A stretch of DNA of 64,000 nucleotides, taken from an uncultured candidate division Zixibacteria bacterium (GTDB lineage: Bacteria; Zixibacteria; MSB-5A5; RBG-16-43-9). The number at the start of each line of letters is the position of its first letter. Position 1 is the stretch's first letter. Made by a program: the position numbers and the translations under genes. Under the pieces are notes generated by a model. The model was not told the DNA's origin, ran no database searches, and saw only the letters and a program-made list of their open reading frames with translations. Location: NCBI GenBank assembly GCA_963713865.1, contig OY970208.1:1472001-1536000 (forward strand), in the 5' to 3' direction. Positions 10,036 through 19,151 of the stretch are shown piece after piece.

Positions 10036-10968
10036 ATGAGAAGATTACCTATTATAATTTTGATGCTTTTCATCCTCCCGTCTTTGGCCTGGGGACAGAG
10101 GAAAACCGGAACAGCAGGTGCCCAGTTTTTAGAGTTAGGAGTCTCAGCTCGAGCTGCGGGGATGGGGGAAGCTTTTTTGGCTGTGGCAGATGATGCCTCT
10201 GCACTTTATTATAATCCTTCAGGCTTAACTCAAATAGGTCAGAAAGAGCTCGTACTGAGTCATGTGGATTATATTGCCGGGATCACTTACGATTTCGGAG
10301 GTATATCTATCCCTACCAGTAGATTAGGAGGGGTGGTAGGTTTAGGGATTTATTTTTTGAATTCCGGGGATATTCCAAATATAACTACTAGCACCACGGA
10401 TCCGTCGAAGCCAGATCAAACTTACCAGGCAAAAGAATATGCACTTGCCCTAACCTACGCCCGAAGCTTGACTGACCGTTTCTCTATTGGGACCACCTTG
10501 AAATTTATAGATGAGCTCTACGAGGAGGAACGCGCTAATGGTTGGGCTGTAGATATCGGCACTATGTATAAGACCGACTTTAAGAATTTCAGAATCGGCG
10601 TGATGATGAGTAACTTTGGGTCCGATCTCAAATTCATTAAGGAAGCATATCCTTTACCAATTAATTTTAAATTCGGCATTTCGATGGAGCCTGTTACTTT
10701 CGGAGAACACAAGGCTGTGATCGGTTTAGAACTTTGCCATCCCAGTGATAATTTGGAGAAGTTCAATTCCGGGGTGGAATATTGGTACCGGGATATTCTG
10801 GCCCTGAGGGTAGGAAATCAGTTTGGATACGATTCCGGGGATTTTAGCTTTGGAGCAGGTGTGAAGTTACCCTTTTATAACAAGACCAAGCTGAGAGTGG
10901 ATTATGGTTATCACGATTTCGGATTTTTGAGCGAGGTGCATAGAGTTACTCTAAATCTTAGTTTTTAA
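10036..10968 (+). CDS. PorV/PorQ-family outer-membrane beta-barrel protein
   Basis: Signal peptide; GTAGAQFLELGVSARAAGMGEAFLAVADDASALYYNPSGL; C-terminal HRVTLNLSF. Confidence 0.88.
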   Translation: MRRLPIIILMLFILPSLAWGQRKTGTAGAQFLELGVSARAAGMGEAFLAVADDASALYYNPSGLTQIGQKELVLSHVDYIAGITYDFGGISIPTSRLGGVVGLGIYFLNSGDIPNITTSTTDPSKPDQTYQAKEYALALTYARSLTDRFSIGTTLKFIDELYEEERANGWAVDIGTMYKTDFKNFRIGVMMSNFGSDLKFIKEAYPLPINFKFGISMEPVTFGEHKAVIGLELCHPSDNLEKFNSGVEYWYRDILALRVGNQFGYDSGDFSFGAGVKLPFYNKTKLRVDYGYHDFGFLSEVHRVTLNLSF

Positions 10969-11004
10969 TTGAGCCCTTAACATTTTAAAAAGGAGTTTAT
11001 CAAG

Positions 11005-12924
11005 ATGAAGAGATGGACGGGTTTAACCTTTTTGCTTCTGGTTTTCTTGTTTTTCTCTGCTTGTAGTAAGCTTAGTAAAAAGGGGACTGCTCCCTCAAAC
11101 GTACCCCCAGAGGTCTTTATAGTTAATATTCCTACAGATTCAACCCAGTTTAGTAGCCTGGATACGCTCTACTGGTACGGATTTGATCAGGATGGGTATA
11201 TCACTAATTATCAATATCTGGTAATCGAGGATACGGTAATTGTTGATACGGTAACTCACGATACGATCATTACTATACCTAAAGATTCTGATGGATATAT
11301 TTTGTCTTCTTTTGTACAAACGATAGAAAGTATGAGTCCTGAAAATTGGAATGATAGTTACTTATCTAGTACCTTAAAGATAGATAGATCTTATATCCAT
11401 GCGGTCGATTCAGCCGGAACCTTTGATAAAGTTATGTTTTTCGCCTCTCCGGATACCTCGGCGGTTGTTCCTCAGTATTTCTTCGTAAGAGCTGTGGATA
11501 ATGAGGGGGCTGTTTCCAAGATCTGGAAACCTGATTCAGAAAAAGGAAGTAATTTTCGATTCTTTAAAAGAACTAATACTCCACCGAATACTTCAATTAA
11601 ATATGATACTACAATAGTCGAGTATTGTTTACCTGAGACGACAATTGATTGGGGAGGAATAAGGATCGGCTGGTCCGGCATTGACCCGGATTATAAGAAA
11701 AATCCTCCCTTGACCTATTCTTGGAAGCTTTATGGTCCGTATGCCTCAAAACCTCCGAAAGATATAGATACAACCAAAGATCTCTACTACTACTCCTGGG
11801 ATGGCATCACTAACTCTCCTTGGGTGGATAGCACTTCCCGGCTTTTAGTCAATCTGATTAATGGTTCAGTTGGGGGGGAAGATATAGGCTATGGCTGGTA
11901 TCAGTTCAGGGTCCAGGCAAGGGATGATGCCTTTGTGCCTGACCCGACTCCTGCGATTGCTACATTCAAGATCATAAAACCACCTTTCCTCTTTTCAAAG
12001 TATGACGAGAAAAGTGTGCTTTTAGTGGATGTTACAAACGGCGGAGGATTATATTATCCACATAGAGATTCATTGCGGGCGTTCTATATGGGATTCCTGC
12101 AAGAGCTCGAAGACTCAACTATAATTCAAAGATTTTCTTTTACCACGCTAAATCCTCCTCCGGAAACTCTTCTCTCTCAGTATAAATTAGTTATTTACAT
12201 AAATGAGGGCAGATTTTCTGCAATCCAGGGAAGGTATAATTTTCCTTCAACCGAGAGAGACACCGGCTTCATTCAGATTGAAAGATATCTCAGAGTAGGT
12301 GGTAGGGTCTGGATGATCGGGTATAATAACTTCGGGTTATTAGATGATCTGTGTAACCCTCAGTATATGCCCATCGTACCCGGAAACCAGAGCTATGGTT
12401 ATACAGAAACAGCAGTAAGAGTGGCTAACTATTTCTTTGGAGTAGTTGGATATTTTAATCCAGCTATGGGAGGATGCATTGATAGAACTGAGGAGATGAT
12501 TGCAGCTGAACCATATGAAACTCACCCTGAGCTACCGCTATTAGAAGTTGACAGTGTGAAATTAAAAGTTCTTCCCGGTGCTACTGACAACGGCTATTTC
12601 TATGGCATTCAGACATCAGGTGTGTCCTTAAAAGGAATTCCCAGGGCTGGTTTTGAGAGGATCTGGAATTCTAATTATAATGAACGGCTTTATACCTTTA
12701 TATCTTACAAAGGCACAGCCTCACAGTTACACGGAACGGCTTGCGCCTCCAGAGCCTATAGCCTTAATCCCTTGACCTATTATGACGAAAACGGACAACC
12801 CATCTTACAGTGGCGAACTGCAGAGTTCTGCTTCCCGGCTTTTGCTATGAAAAAGGAACCGATGCAAAGAATGATGGAAAAGATGGTGAGATGGTTTTTA
12901 GATGAACAGCCCTATCTTCCTTGA
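11005..12924 (+). CDS. Lipoprotein with Ig/FN3-like repeats
   Basis: Lipobox FFSAC; two related modules (WYGFDQDG...FFVRAVDNEG and WSGIDPD...FRVQARDD...DPTPA). Confidence 0.75.
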   Translation: MKRWTGLTFLLLVFLFFSACSKLSKKGTAPSNVPPEVFIVNIPTDSTQFSSLDTLYWYGFDQDGYITNYQYLVIEDTVIVDTVTHDTIITIPKDSDGYILSSFVQTIESMSPENWNDSYLSSTLKIDRSYIHAVDSAGTFDKVMFFASPDTSAVVPQYFFVRAVDNEGAVSKIWKPDSEKGSNFRFFKRTNTPPNTSIKYDTTIVEYCLPETTIDWGGIRIGWSGIDPDYKKNPPLTYSWKLYGPYASKPPKDIDTTKDLYYYSWDGITNSPWVDSTSRLLVNLINGSVGGEDIGYGWYQFRVQARDDAFVPDPTPAIATFKIIKPPFLFSKYDEKSVLLVDVTNGGGLYYPHRDSLRAFYMGFLQELEDSTIIQRFSFTTLNPPPETLLSQYKLVIYINEGRFSAIQGRYNFPSTERDTGFIQIERYLRVGGRVWMIGYNNFGLLDDLCNPQYMPIVPGNQSYGYTETAVRVANYFFGVVGYFNPAMGGCIDRTEEMIAAEPYETHPELPLLEVDSVKLKVLPGATDNGYFYGIQTSGVSLKGIPRAGFERIWNSNYNERLYTFISYKGTASQLHGTACASRAYSLNPLTYYDENGQPILQWRTAEFCFPAFAMKKEPMQRMMEKMVRWFLDEQPYLP

Positions 12925-12955
12925 TTTGTTTTGAAAAGTAGTTCCTTTTTTTCTT

Positions 12956-12987
12956 AAAAGAGACCAGGTTTTATCCTGGTCTCTTTT
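12956..12987. terminator. Bidirectional rho-independent terminator
   Basis: AAAAGAGACCAGG-TTTTAT-CCTGGTCTCTTTT between convergent genes. Confidence 0.85.
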
Positions 12988-15293
12988 TATTTAGAGGGAT
13001 GGAGTGAAAGAAGTGAATCGACCAATCTGAGCTTCTCCTGGGCGAGTTTTAATTCAGGCAAAAGTTTTAAAGCTAACTGGAACTCCTGTTTTGCAAAAGT
13101 AAGATTACCTGACTTAGCAAAAACCAGGCCTAAATTGTAATGATAGGTTGGGTGATCCGAATTGAGTTCTGTAGCCTCCTGTAATTCCCTAATTGCTAAC
13201 TGGTATTCTTTATTCAGGTCATACAGGTTACCTAAAGTGGCATGAGCTTCAGCAAAATCGGGTTTGAGCTCGATAGACCGGAGTAAGCTTTGCTGTGCCA
13301 GATCAATTTCTTTCTTTTGTAGATAGATTAATGCAGAGTTGTAAGCCGCATAGGCTTTTAATCCGCTCATCCCTTCTCGAGCTGGATCATCCTTTGAAAA
13401 GATAAGACCTAAATTATAATCTAAGTTCTCAGATTTGCTCTTTTCACTTAAAAGTAGCTCATATTCCCGCAGGGCTTCATCTGGTTTTCCTTGTTTTTGA
13501 TAAATCATCCCCAGATAGAATCTTAAACTCGTAGAGAAAGGATAGATGGTTGTGGCGGCATTCAGTGTGCTTTCTGCTAAAGGAAAATTTTCTTCTTTCA
13601 GAAAGGCTAAGGATAGGTTTATATAAGCTTCCGGGTAATAGGGTTTTATTTTTAAAGCTTCCTTTACTTGTTCTACGGCAGAAGGATAATCACCCTTGAT
13701 CCGGTATAGCACCGAAAGGTTATTATAAGCTTTTTCCTGTCCGGGGTGAAGCTTTAACTCCTCAAGGAATTCATCTTCTGTACGGGAGTAGTTTCGCTCG
13801 CGAAAATAGATATTCCCTAAATTAAGATGAGCTCTCCTTAAATCAGGGTCTTCTTTGAGAGCTAAAAGATATTGTTCTTTCGCCTTTTGAAGCTCACCTT
13901 TCTTAAGATAAAGATTCCCTAGACTGTAATAGGCTTGAGCGAAATTTGTTTTGCTTAGGTTATAAAAATTTGAATTGGTTAATAAAAAGAATAAAAGGAA
14001 AAGGATTGAACTCAAAAAGAGTTTTTTAAAAGAGCCTCTTCGGATAAATTCATAAAGTTGGATTATAGCAAAAGAGGAAAAGATGATCAAAAAGGGTAAA
14101 ACCGGTAGGCGAAATCGAGAGCTGACAAAAAAGAGTAGAACCGAAAAAGAGTAGAAGAGAATAAAACTCAAAGGTAGAAAATATCTTTTCCAGCTCTTCA
14201 GGCTGAGGGCAATTCCTACAAGGCTCAATGGTCCTATTAGCCAGAAACCTAAGGGAAGTATACGGATTAGAGATGAGTATCTTCTGAAGAAATATATATC
14301 CTGGTTATTGCTGATCTCAAAGGAATTCCAGAAAAGGTATAATTTTTTAATGAACAAAGATAAAAATTTAGCCGGGGAATGAGTTGCGAAATCTATCCCT
14401 TTTTTAAAATAATAATCCGAAACCTCAGATGGTTGGGGGAGTTTATTGGTAGCCTTCTGCACTTCGTAAACTGCATCCTGATATTCCCAGTCGTCTCCAT
14501 AAGGGGGGAGAAAAGCGCTGGTTCCATCAGCTTCCGGGTTGTTCCCGATATAGAAGTTTATCCCTCCCTGAGAGGAGATCAAAACGAAATCTTTTCCAAC
14601 TAAATAGTTTCTTAAAGTTACAGGAAGGATAAGAAGAACAAGGCCTAAGAGGAAAAATAATGAGTAAACGAGCTTTTTCTTCAAATTGAATTTTAAAAAT
14701 AAGAATATCCAAATCAGGACAAAAGGGATGAAAATCAAGATGTTCGGTCGGGTGATAGCGAAAAGGCCTGAGACTAAACCTGCCGCGAAGAATCCGGAGT
14801 TTTTAGGGTTTTCTTCCGCCCGGTGTAAAAGCAAGATTAACAAAACCCCGAAGAAAACTAACAGGAAATCCAGCAGAAGCTCATCTTCATAGTAAATGGA
14901 GATTCCATAGATGGCTGCAAAGAAAGCTGAGAGACAGGCTACTCTACGATTGAAGAGTTTTCTGGATAGAAAATAGATTAGTAGCACCGAGAAAGAGCCG
15001 ATCAGATGCTGGAACAACCTGGGGATAAAATAGTTATGGCCAAAGAGTTTATAGATTATCCCCAAGAAATAAGGATAAAAGGGTGCCCGGAAAAAAACCT
15101 GGTCCCCAATCCAGTTGCCCCGGGCAATGGATTGTGCCCAGAGGTCGTGATATAACGGGTCCATTGTGAGTGAATAAAAATTGGGACTGGACTTGATCTG
15201 TAATAAATAGATCAAACGCAAGATGAAGCTGAAGATGAAAATCCCCCAGAGAAAATATCGCTCTTTTTTCTCTTGAACAATTTTTGAGCTCAC
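12987..15293 (-). CDS. GT-C fold (PMT/ArnT-like) membrane glycosyltransferase with C-terminal TPR repeats
   Basis: About 12 TM segments (DPLYHD, APFYPYFLG, TRPN, SRFRLP) followed by TPRs (AYYSLGNLY, AHLNLGNIY, YHYNLGLV). The ORF is open to 15422; GTG 15293 is favoured by the promoter position. Confidence 0.8.
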   Translation of the reverse strand: MSSKIVQEKKERYFLWGIFIFSFILRLIYLLQIKSSPNFYSLTMDPLYHDLWAQSIARGNWIGDQVFFRAPFYPYFLGIIYKLFGHNYFIPRLFQHLIGSFSVLLIYFLSRKLFNRRVACLSAFFAAIYGISIYYEDELLLDFLLVFFGVLLILLLHRAEENPKNSGFFAAGLVSGLFAITRPNILIFIPFVLIWIFLFLKFNLKKKLVYSLFFLLGLVLLILPVTLRNYLVGKDFVLISSQGGINFYIGNNPEADGTSAFLPPYGDDWEYQDAVYEVQKATNKLPQPSEVSDYYFKKGIDFATHSPAKFLSLFIKKLYLFWNSFEISNNQDIYFFRRYSSLIRILPLGFWLIGPLSLVGIALSLKSWKRYFLPLSFILFYSFSVLLFFVSSRFRLPVLPFLIIFSSFAIIQLYEFIRRGSFKKLFLSSILFLLFFLLTNSNFYNLSKTNFAQAYYSLGNLYLKKGELQKAKEQYLLALKEDPDLRRAHLNLGNIYFRERNYSRTEDEFLEELKLHPGQEKAYNNLSVLYRIKGDYPSAVEQVKEALKIKPYYPEAYINLSLAFLKEENFPLAESTLNAATTIYPFSTSLRFYLGMIYQKQGKPDEALREYELLLSEKSKSENLDYNLGLIFSKDDPAREGMSGLKAYAAYNSALIYLQKKEIDLAQQSLLRSIELKPDFAEAHATLGNLYDLNKEYQLAIRELQEATELNSDHPTYHYNLGLVFAKSGNLTFAKQEFQLALKLLPELKLAQEKLRLVDSLLSLHPSK

Positions 15294-15299
15294 AGTGGA

Positions 15300-15328
15300 A
15301 ATATATCCTGGCTTCAAGGATTTGTCAA
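15300..15328 (-). promoter_or_regulatory. Sigma70 promoter, probably giving a leaderless transcript
   Basis: Minus-strand TTGACA-17 bp-TATATT; GTG lies 7 nt after the -10 box. Confidence 0.6.
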
Positions 15329-15532
15329 CATAATCGAGTGAAAGCTCTTTTGTCTTTTGTAGGGAGGGGTTCATCCCCTCCCGTTTTTGGCTATGATTTT
15401 TTGTATTTTTAAACTTCCACACGCGGAGTTTGATGTTGTTTTTGTAAATATTTTAAGATTATACTCCAACTCCTCCTCTCCTCAAGCGTAATTCTTTTAA
15501 CAAGAGAACTTTAAAAGGAAAGTCGAAAAGCT

Positions 15533-16264
15533 ATGAAAAAAATATTATACCTTATTCCAATTCTTATTTCTATAATTTATTTTTCCTTAGCTTCTGGAGA
15601 AAAAAAGCCGGTTAAAGGTCCCAAGCTCTTTTTACCGGAAAAAGAGTGGGATTTCGGCTATATCCCTCAGAATTCAACCGTTTCTCATTTTTTCAAAATC
15701 AAGAATATCGGGGATGATACTCTGCTTATCGTAAAGGTTAGACCTGGTTGTGCTTGCACCTTTGCTCCCTTGAAAAAAGACCTCTTAGCACCACAGGAGA
15801 GTACCTCTCTGGAGGTTGTTTTTAATTCCAAAAACTATCAGGGTCTAAAATCTATGGCTGTGGCTATCTTTTCGACTGACACTTCAAATATCTCGGATAT
15901 CAATTTCACTGCCAATATAGAAAATGAATTTCCTCTTATTCAGGTCGAGCCGTTACAGGTTAAGTTCGACTCTTTGAGAATAGAAAAATCAAATCCGAAA
16001 AAAGTAACCATCTCGAACAAATCCAATTTTCCTCTTCAGATGTTGGTAGTTGAAAAACCCAGAGATTTTATCGATTTTCAACTCTCCAAAAGCAGCTTAA
16101 ACCCAAAAGAGAAGGTTGAGATTTTATTCCAGATTGATCCTAAAGCTATTCCCGGACCTTTCAAAACCAATCTGACACTTGATTTCTCCAATGGTTCAAC
16201 TGTTCAAAGTTCAGAGAAAATGAGATATACCCTGCCGATTAGCGGAATCATTATATCCAAATAG
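15533..16264 (+). CDS. DUF1573-domain secreted protein (Ig-like)
   Basis: Signal peptide; WDFGYIP...FKIKNIGDDTLLIVKVRPGCACT. Confidence 0.8.
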   Translation: MKKILYLIPILISIIYFSLASGEKKPVKGPKLFLPEKEWDFGYIPQNSTVSHFFKIKNIGDDTLLIVKVRPGCACTFAPLKKDLLAPQESTSLEVVFNSKNYQGLKSMAVAIFSTDTSNISDINFTANIENEFPLIQVEPLQVKFDSLRIEKSNPKKVTISNKSNFPLQMLVVEKPRDFIDFQLSKSSLNPKEKVEILFQIDPKAIPGPFKTNLTLDFSNGSTVQSSEKMRYTLPISGIIISK

Positions 16265-16780
16265 ATGAGCTCAAATAGAAGTATTCTTAAGATTATTTTC
16301 CAGGCAGTTTTAATCGTTGTTTTCTCCCTTTTTATAGGAGTGATATATAATATCTTCTCAGGGGGAGGTATCTCTATTAAAGGAAGCTGGAGCAAAAAAG
16401 TGTTTTCGGATAGTCTGGTCGTTCCCTATTCATATGATAATGCTGACCCTTCAGCTATAACCTTAACCCAGGCCATGACCTATTTCCAAACTCACAACAC
16501 CATTTTTTTAGATGCCAGATTGGAGGGAGATTACAAAGCTGGTCATATCCCCAAGGCTTTGAATCTGCCCTTTGAGGAATTTGAACAGTACTATCCTGAG
16601 ACGGAGCCTCTATTGTCCAGGGGGGAAAATATAATTACTTATTGTGACGGGACCGAATGTGAAGCCAGTCTATTTCTGGCTCGCATATTAAAAGAAAGAG
16701 GTTTTAAAAACTTAAAGATTTTTTTTGGTGGATGGACTGAATGGAATAAAGCCGGACTCCCGGTGGAAAAATCCTTATAG
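16265..16780 (+). CDS. Membrane-anchored rhodanese-like protein
   Basis: FLDAR...YKAGHIPKALNLP, ITYCDGTEC and GGWTEW. Confidence 0.9.
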   Translation: MSSNRSILKIIFQAVLIVVFSLFIGVIYNIFSGGGISIKGSWSKKVFSDSLVVPYSYDNADPSAITLTQAMTYFQTHNTIFLDARLEGDYKAGHIPKALNLPFEEFEQYYPETEPLLSRGENIITYCDGTECEASLFLARILKERGFKNLKIFFGGWTEWNKAGLPVEKSL

Positions 16781-16786
16781 CATTAT

Positions 16787-17245
16787 ATGAAAAAAATAGT
16801 TAGTAGTCAATGGCTGGTTTTGCTTTTCAGATTAATGGTTGGAATAACCTTTGTTTATGCTAGCCTGGATAAGATCGCTCATCCGGATGAATTTGCCCGG
16901 GCTGTGTATAATTATAGAATTTTACCAGGTTTTCTAATTAATATTTTTGCCATCACCTTGCCCTGGATAGAGTTTTTCTGCGGGCTTTTTCTGATATTGG
17001 GACTTTTTATTGAGAACGCTTCCCTTTTAATTTTGTTCCTTTCATTCGTCTTCGCCCTTGCCCTTTCGCTGAATTTCCTGCGAGGGATAGATATCGCATG
17101 CGGTTGTTTTACCACTGACCCCAATGCTAAGAAAGTAGGGACGATGCATTTGATTCAAGACATTTTTTTACTTTTAATGAGCATACAGATCTTTCTATAC
17201 AATCGCAATTTTCTAAGCCTGCAAAAACTTTTTCAGAAAAAATAG
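16787..17245 (+). CDS. DoxX/MauE-family redox-associated membrane protein
   Basis: LPWIE and RGIDIACGCF motifs; 4 TM segments. Confidence 0.88.
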   Translation: MKKIVSSQWLVLLFRLMVGITFVYASLDKIAHPDEFARAVYNYRILPGFLINIFAITLPWIEFFCGLFLILGLFIENASLLILFLSFVFALALSLNFLRGIDIACGCFTTDPNAKKVGTMHLIQDIFLLLMSIQIFLYNRNFLSLQKLFQKK

Positions 17246-17247
17246 AG

Positions 17248-17276
17248 TGTAGGGGCGAGGTAACCTCGCCCCTACA
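17248..17276. repeat. Double-ended GTAG REP palindrome between convergent genes
   Basis: TGTAGGGGCGAGG-TAA-CCTCGCCCCTACA, a perfect 13-bp stem. Confidence 0.8.
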
Positions 17277-17340
17277 GAAGTATTTAGCTATTCTGAAAAT
17301 TAGCAGAGGCACAGTATGATCTGTCATGTAACTAAGCACT

Positions 17341-18369
17341 TTAATCTTTTCTTTTACCTTTAATTATTCCCTTTTCGGTGATTATGGCAGTTATCAGATT
17401 GACTGGAGTAATATCAAATGCCGGCGAGAAAGCTTTAACTTTCAGAGGTGCAATACTCTTGCCTTGGATATGTGTAACCTCTTCAGAAGACCTTTCCTCG
17501 ATTTTTATTTTATCCCCACATTCAAGTGAATGATCGAAGCTGGAGCTTGGTGCAGCCATATAGAAAGGAATTTTATGAAATTTGGCTAACACGGCTAAAT
17601 TGTATGTCCCGATCTTGTTAGCCGCATCTAAATTCTTTACAATCCTATCAGCTCCAGTGATTATACAATCGATCATCTTCTTTTGCATTAAAAAAGCTGC
17701 CATATCGTCGCAGATCAAAGTAGTATCAATTCCCTGCTGTAGAAGTTCCCAGGTAGTTAATCTTGCTCCCTGCAGGATCGGACGGGTTTCATCCACATAG
17801 ACTTTTATCTTCTTGCCTTGTTTTTTAGCTATAAAGATCGGAGCCAGAGCGGTTCCGATTCCGCCTGTGGCTAAGGCACCAGCATTGCAGTGAGTGAGCA
17901 CCCTGGACCCATTTTTTAATAGCTTTGCTCCGTTTTCTCCAATCTTTTGACACATAATTCTATCTTCTTGATGGATCAAAAAAGCCTCTTTTAGAAGCCT
18001 TCTGTTTTTACTTTTGCTATCGTAATCCTCAAATCTCAAAGCGATTTTTCTCATCCTCTCTAAAGCCCAGGAGAGGTTAACGGCAGTTGGTCGGGTGGAT
18101 TTTAAAATTGAGATAACCCGATCCAATCTTTTATTGTAATCATTTTTGTCTTTGTATTTTCTGTTCATCATTCCCAAAACTGCCCCATAAGCTGCGACTA
18201 TCCCGATAGCTGGTGCACCGCGAATCTTAAGGTCTTTAATCGCTTTTGCCACCTCTTTATAGTCTTTATATTCTAAATATGAAACCTTCAAAGGAAGTTT
18301 TGTCTGATCTAATATCCTGATTCTGTTTTTTACCCAATCCATAGTTTTGAATTTTAATTTAATATCCAC
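17341..18369 (-). CDS. mtnA: S-methyl-5-thioribose-1-phosphate isomerase
   Basis: IRGAPAIG, TRPTAVNL, LTHCNAGALAT, ETRPILQGARLT and ANKIGTY; SD AAGGAG precedes GTG 18369. Confidence 0.93.
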   Translation of the reverse strand: MDIKLKFKTMDWVKNRIRILDQTKLPLKVSYLEYKDYKEVAKAIKDLKIRGAPAIGIVAAYGAVLGMMNRKYKDKNDYNKRLDRVISILKSTRPTAVNLSWALERMRKIALRFEDYDSKSKNRRLLKEAFLIHQEDRIMCQKIGENGAKLLKNGSRVLTHCNAGALATGGIGTALAPIFIAKKQGKKIKVYVDETRPILQGARLTTWELLQQGIDTTLICDDMAAFLMQKKMIDCIITGADRIVKNLDAANKIGTYNLAVLAKFHKIPFYMAAPSSSFDHSLECGDKIKIEERSSEEVTHIQGKSIAPLKVKAFSPAFDITPVNLITAIITEKGIIKGKRKD

Positions 18370-18433
18370 TTTTTCTCCTTGAAAGGGATAGTGTTCAATT
18401 TGGATTAAATTTATCAATCACTATCTTGCTGCA

Positions 18434-18527
18434 TCTGTCATTGCGAGTGACTAAAAGGAGCGAAGCCCCGCCGTTTTTGGCGGGGTTTCGTAGTTCCACC
18501 TAAGGCGAGACTCCTCGCAATGACAGA
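18434..18527. repeat. MITE-like palindromic element
   Basis: Perfect 14-bp terminal IR TCTGTCATTGCGAG / CTCGCAATGACAGA with an internal hairpin CCCCGCC-GTTTTT-GGCGGGG. Confidence 0.7.
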
Positions 18528-18555
18528 GACGCATGGCAATACGTCTCTACACACT

Positions 18556-18975
18556 TTACATTCCAATTATCTGCACGATTATTTCCCTGTTCCTGGGTCG
18601 TTCGTCAAAATCCACCAATACAATCTGCTGCCAGGTGCCCAAGATCAAATCTCCCTTGGTAAAGGGAAAAGTCTTAGATGCACCCAGAAGAGCTGCGCGT
18701 ATATGTGCATGGCCGTTATAATCGCCCCAGGTTAGATGATGAGCATATTCGATATCCTGAGAGGCGATCCTGTCAAAAGCTAAAGGTAAATCCTTCAACA
18801 AGCCTGGCTCATATTCGAGTGTGGTAATACCAGCAGTTGAACCCGGAACAAAAACTGTTGCCTGACCTTCGCTCAATCCGGAATCATTGATTATCCTCTG
18901 TACCTCAGAAGTGATGTCCAATATATCAGTGTTTCCTCTGGTTTTTATTTTGAAGGACTTGGTGATTATGTTCAT
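18556..18975 (-). CDS. yjbQ: YjbQ/UPF0047 family protein
   Basis: GSTAGITTLEYEPGL, NGHAHIRA and LGTWQQIVLVDFD. Confidence 0.9.
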   Translation of the reverse strand: MNIITKSFKIKTRGNTDILDITSEVQRIINDSGLSEGQATVFVPGSTAGITTLEYEPGLLKDLPLAFDRIASQDIEYAHHLTWGDYNGHAHIRAALLGASKTFPFTKGDLILGTWQQIVLVDFDERPRNREIIVQIIGM

Positions 18976-18989
18976 AAAATGTTAGATTT

Positions 18990-19146
18990 GCAGGGGCGGG
19001 GCTTGTCCCCGCCCCTGTCAGATTTCGTTGATGTGGACACCAACGAAAGAGTAATTCAAATTTTTGCCGTCGGGTCACAGGGGACCCGACGGGTACCTAA
19101 ATAAAATGCAAGGGCACGTTGTCCCGTCAACTACGGGATGCCTCTA
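18990..19146. repeat. Cluster of degenerate REP-like hairpins
   Basis: GCAGGGGCGGGG-CTTGT-CCCCGCCCCTG; GTCGGGTC-ACAGGG-GACCCGAC; GCAAGGGCACGTTG...TGCCTCTA. Confidence 0.55.
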
Positions 19147-19151
19147 ACCAA

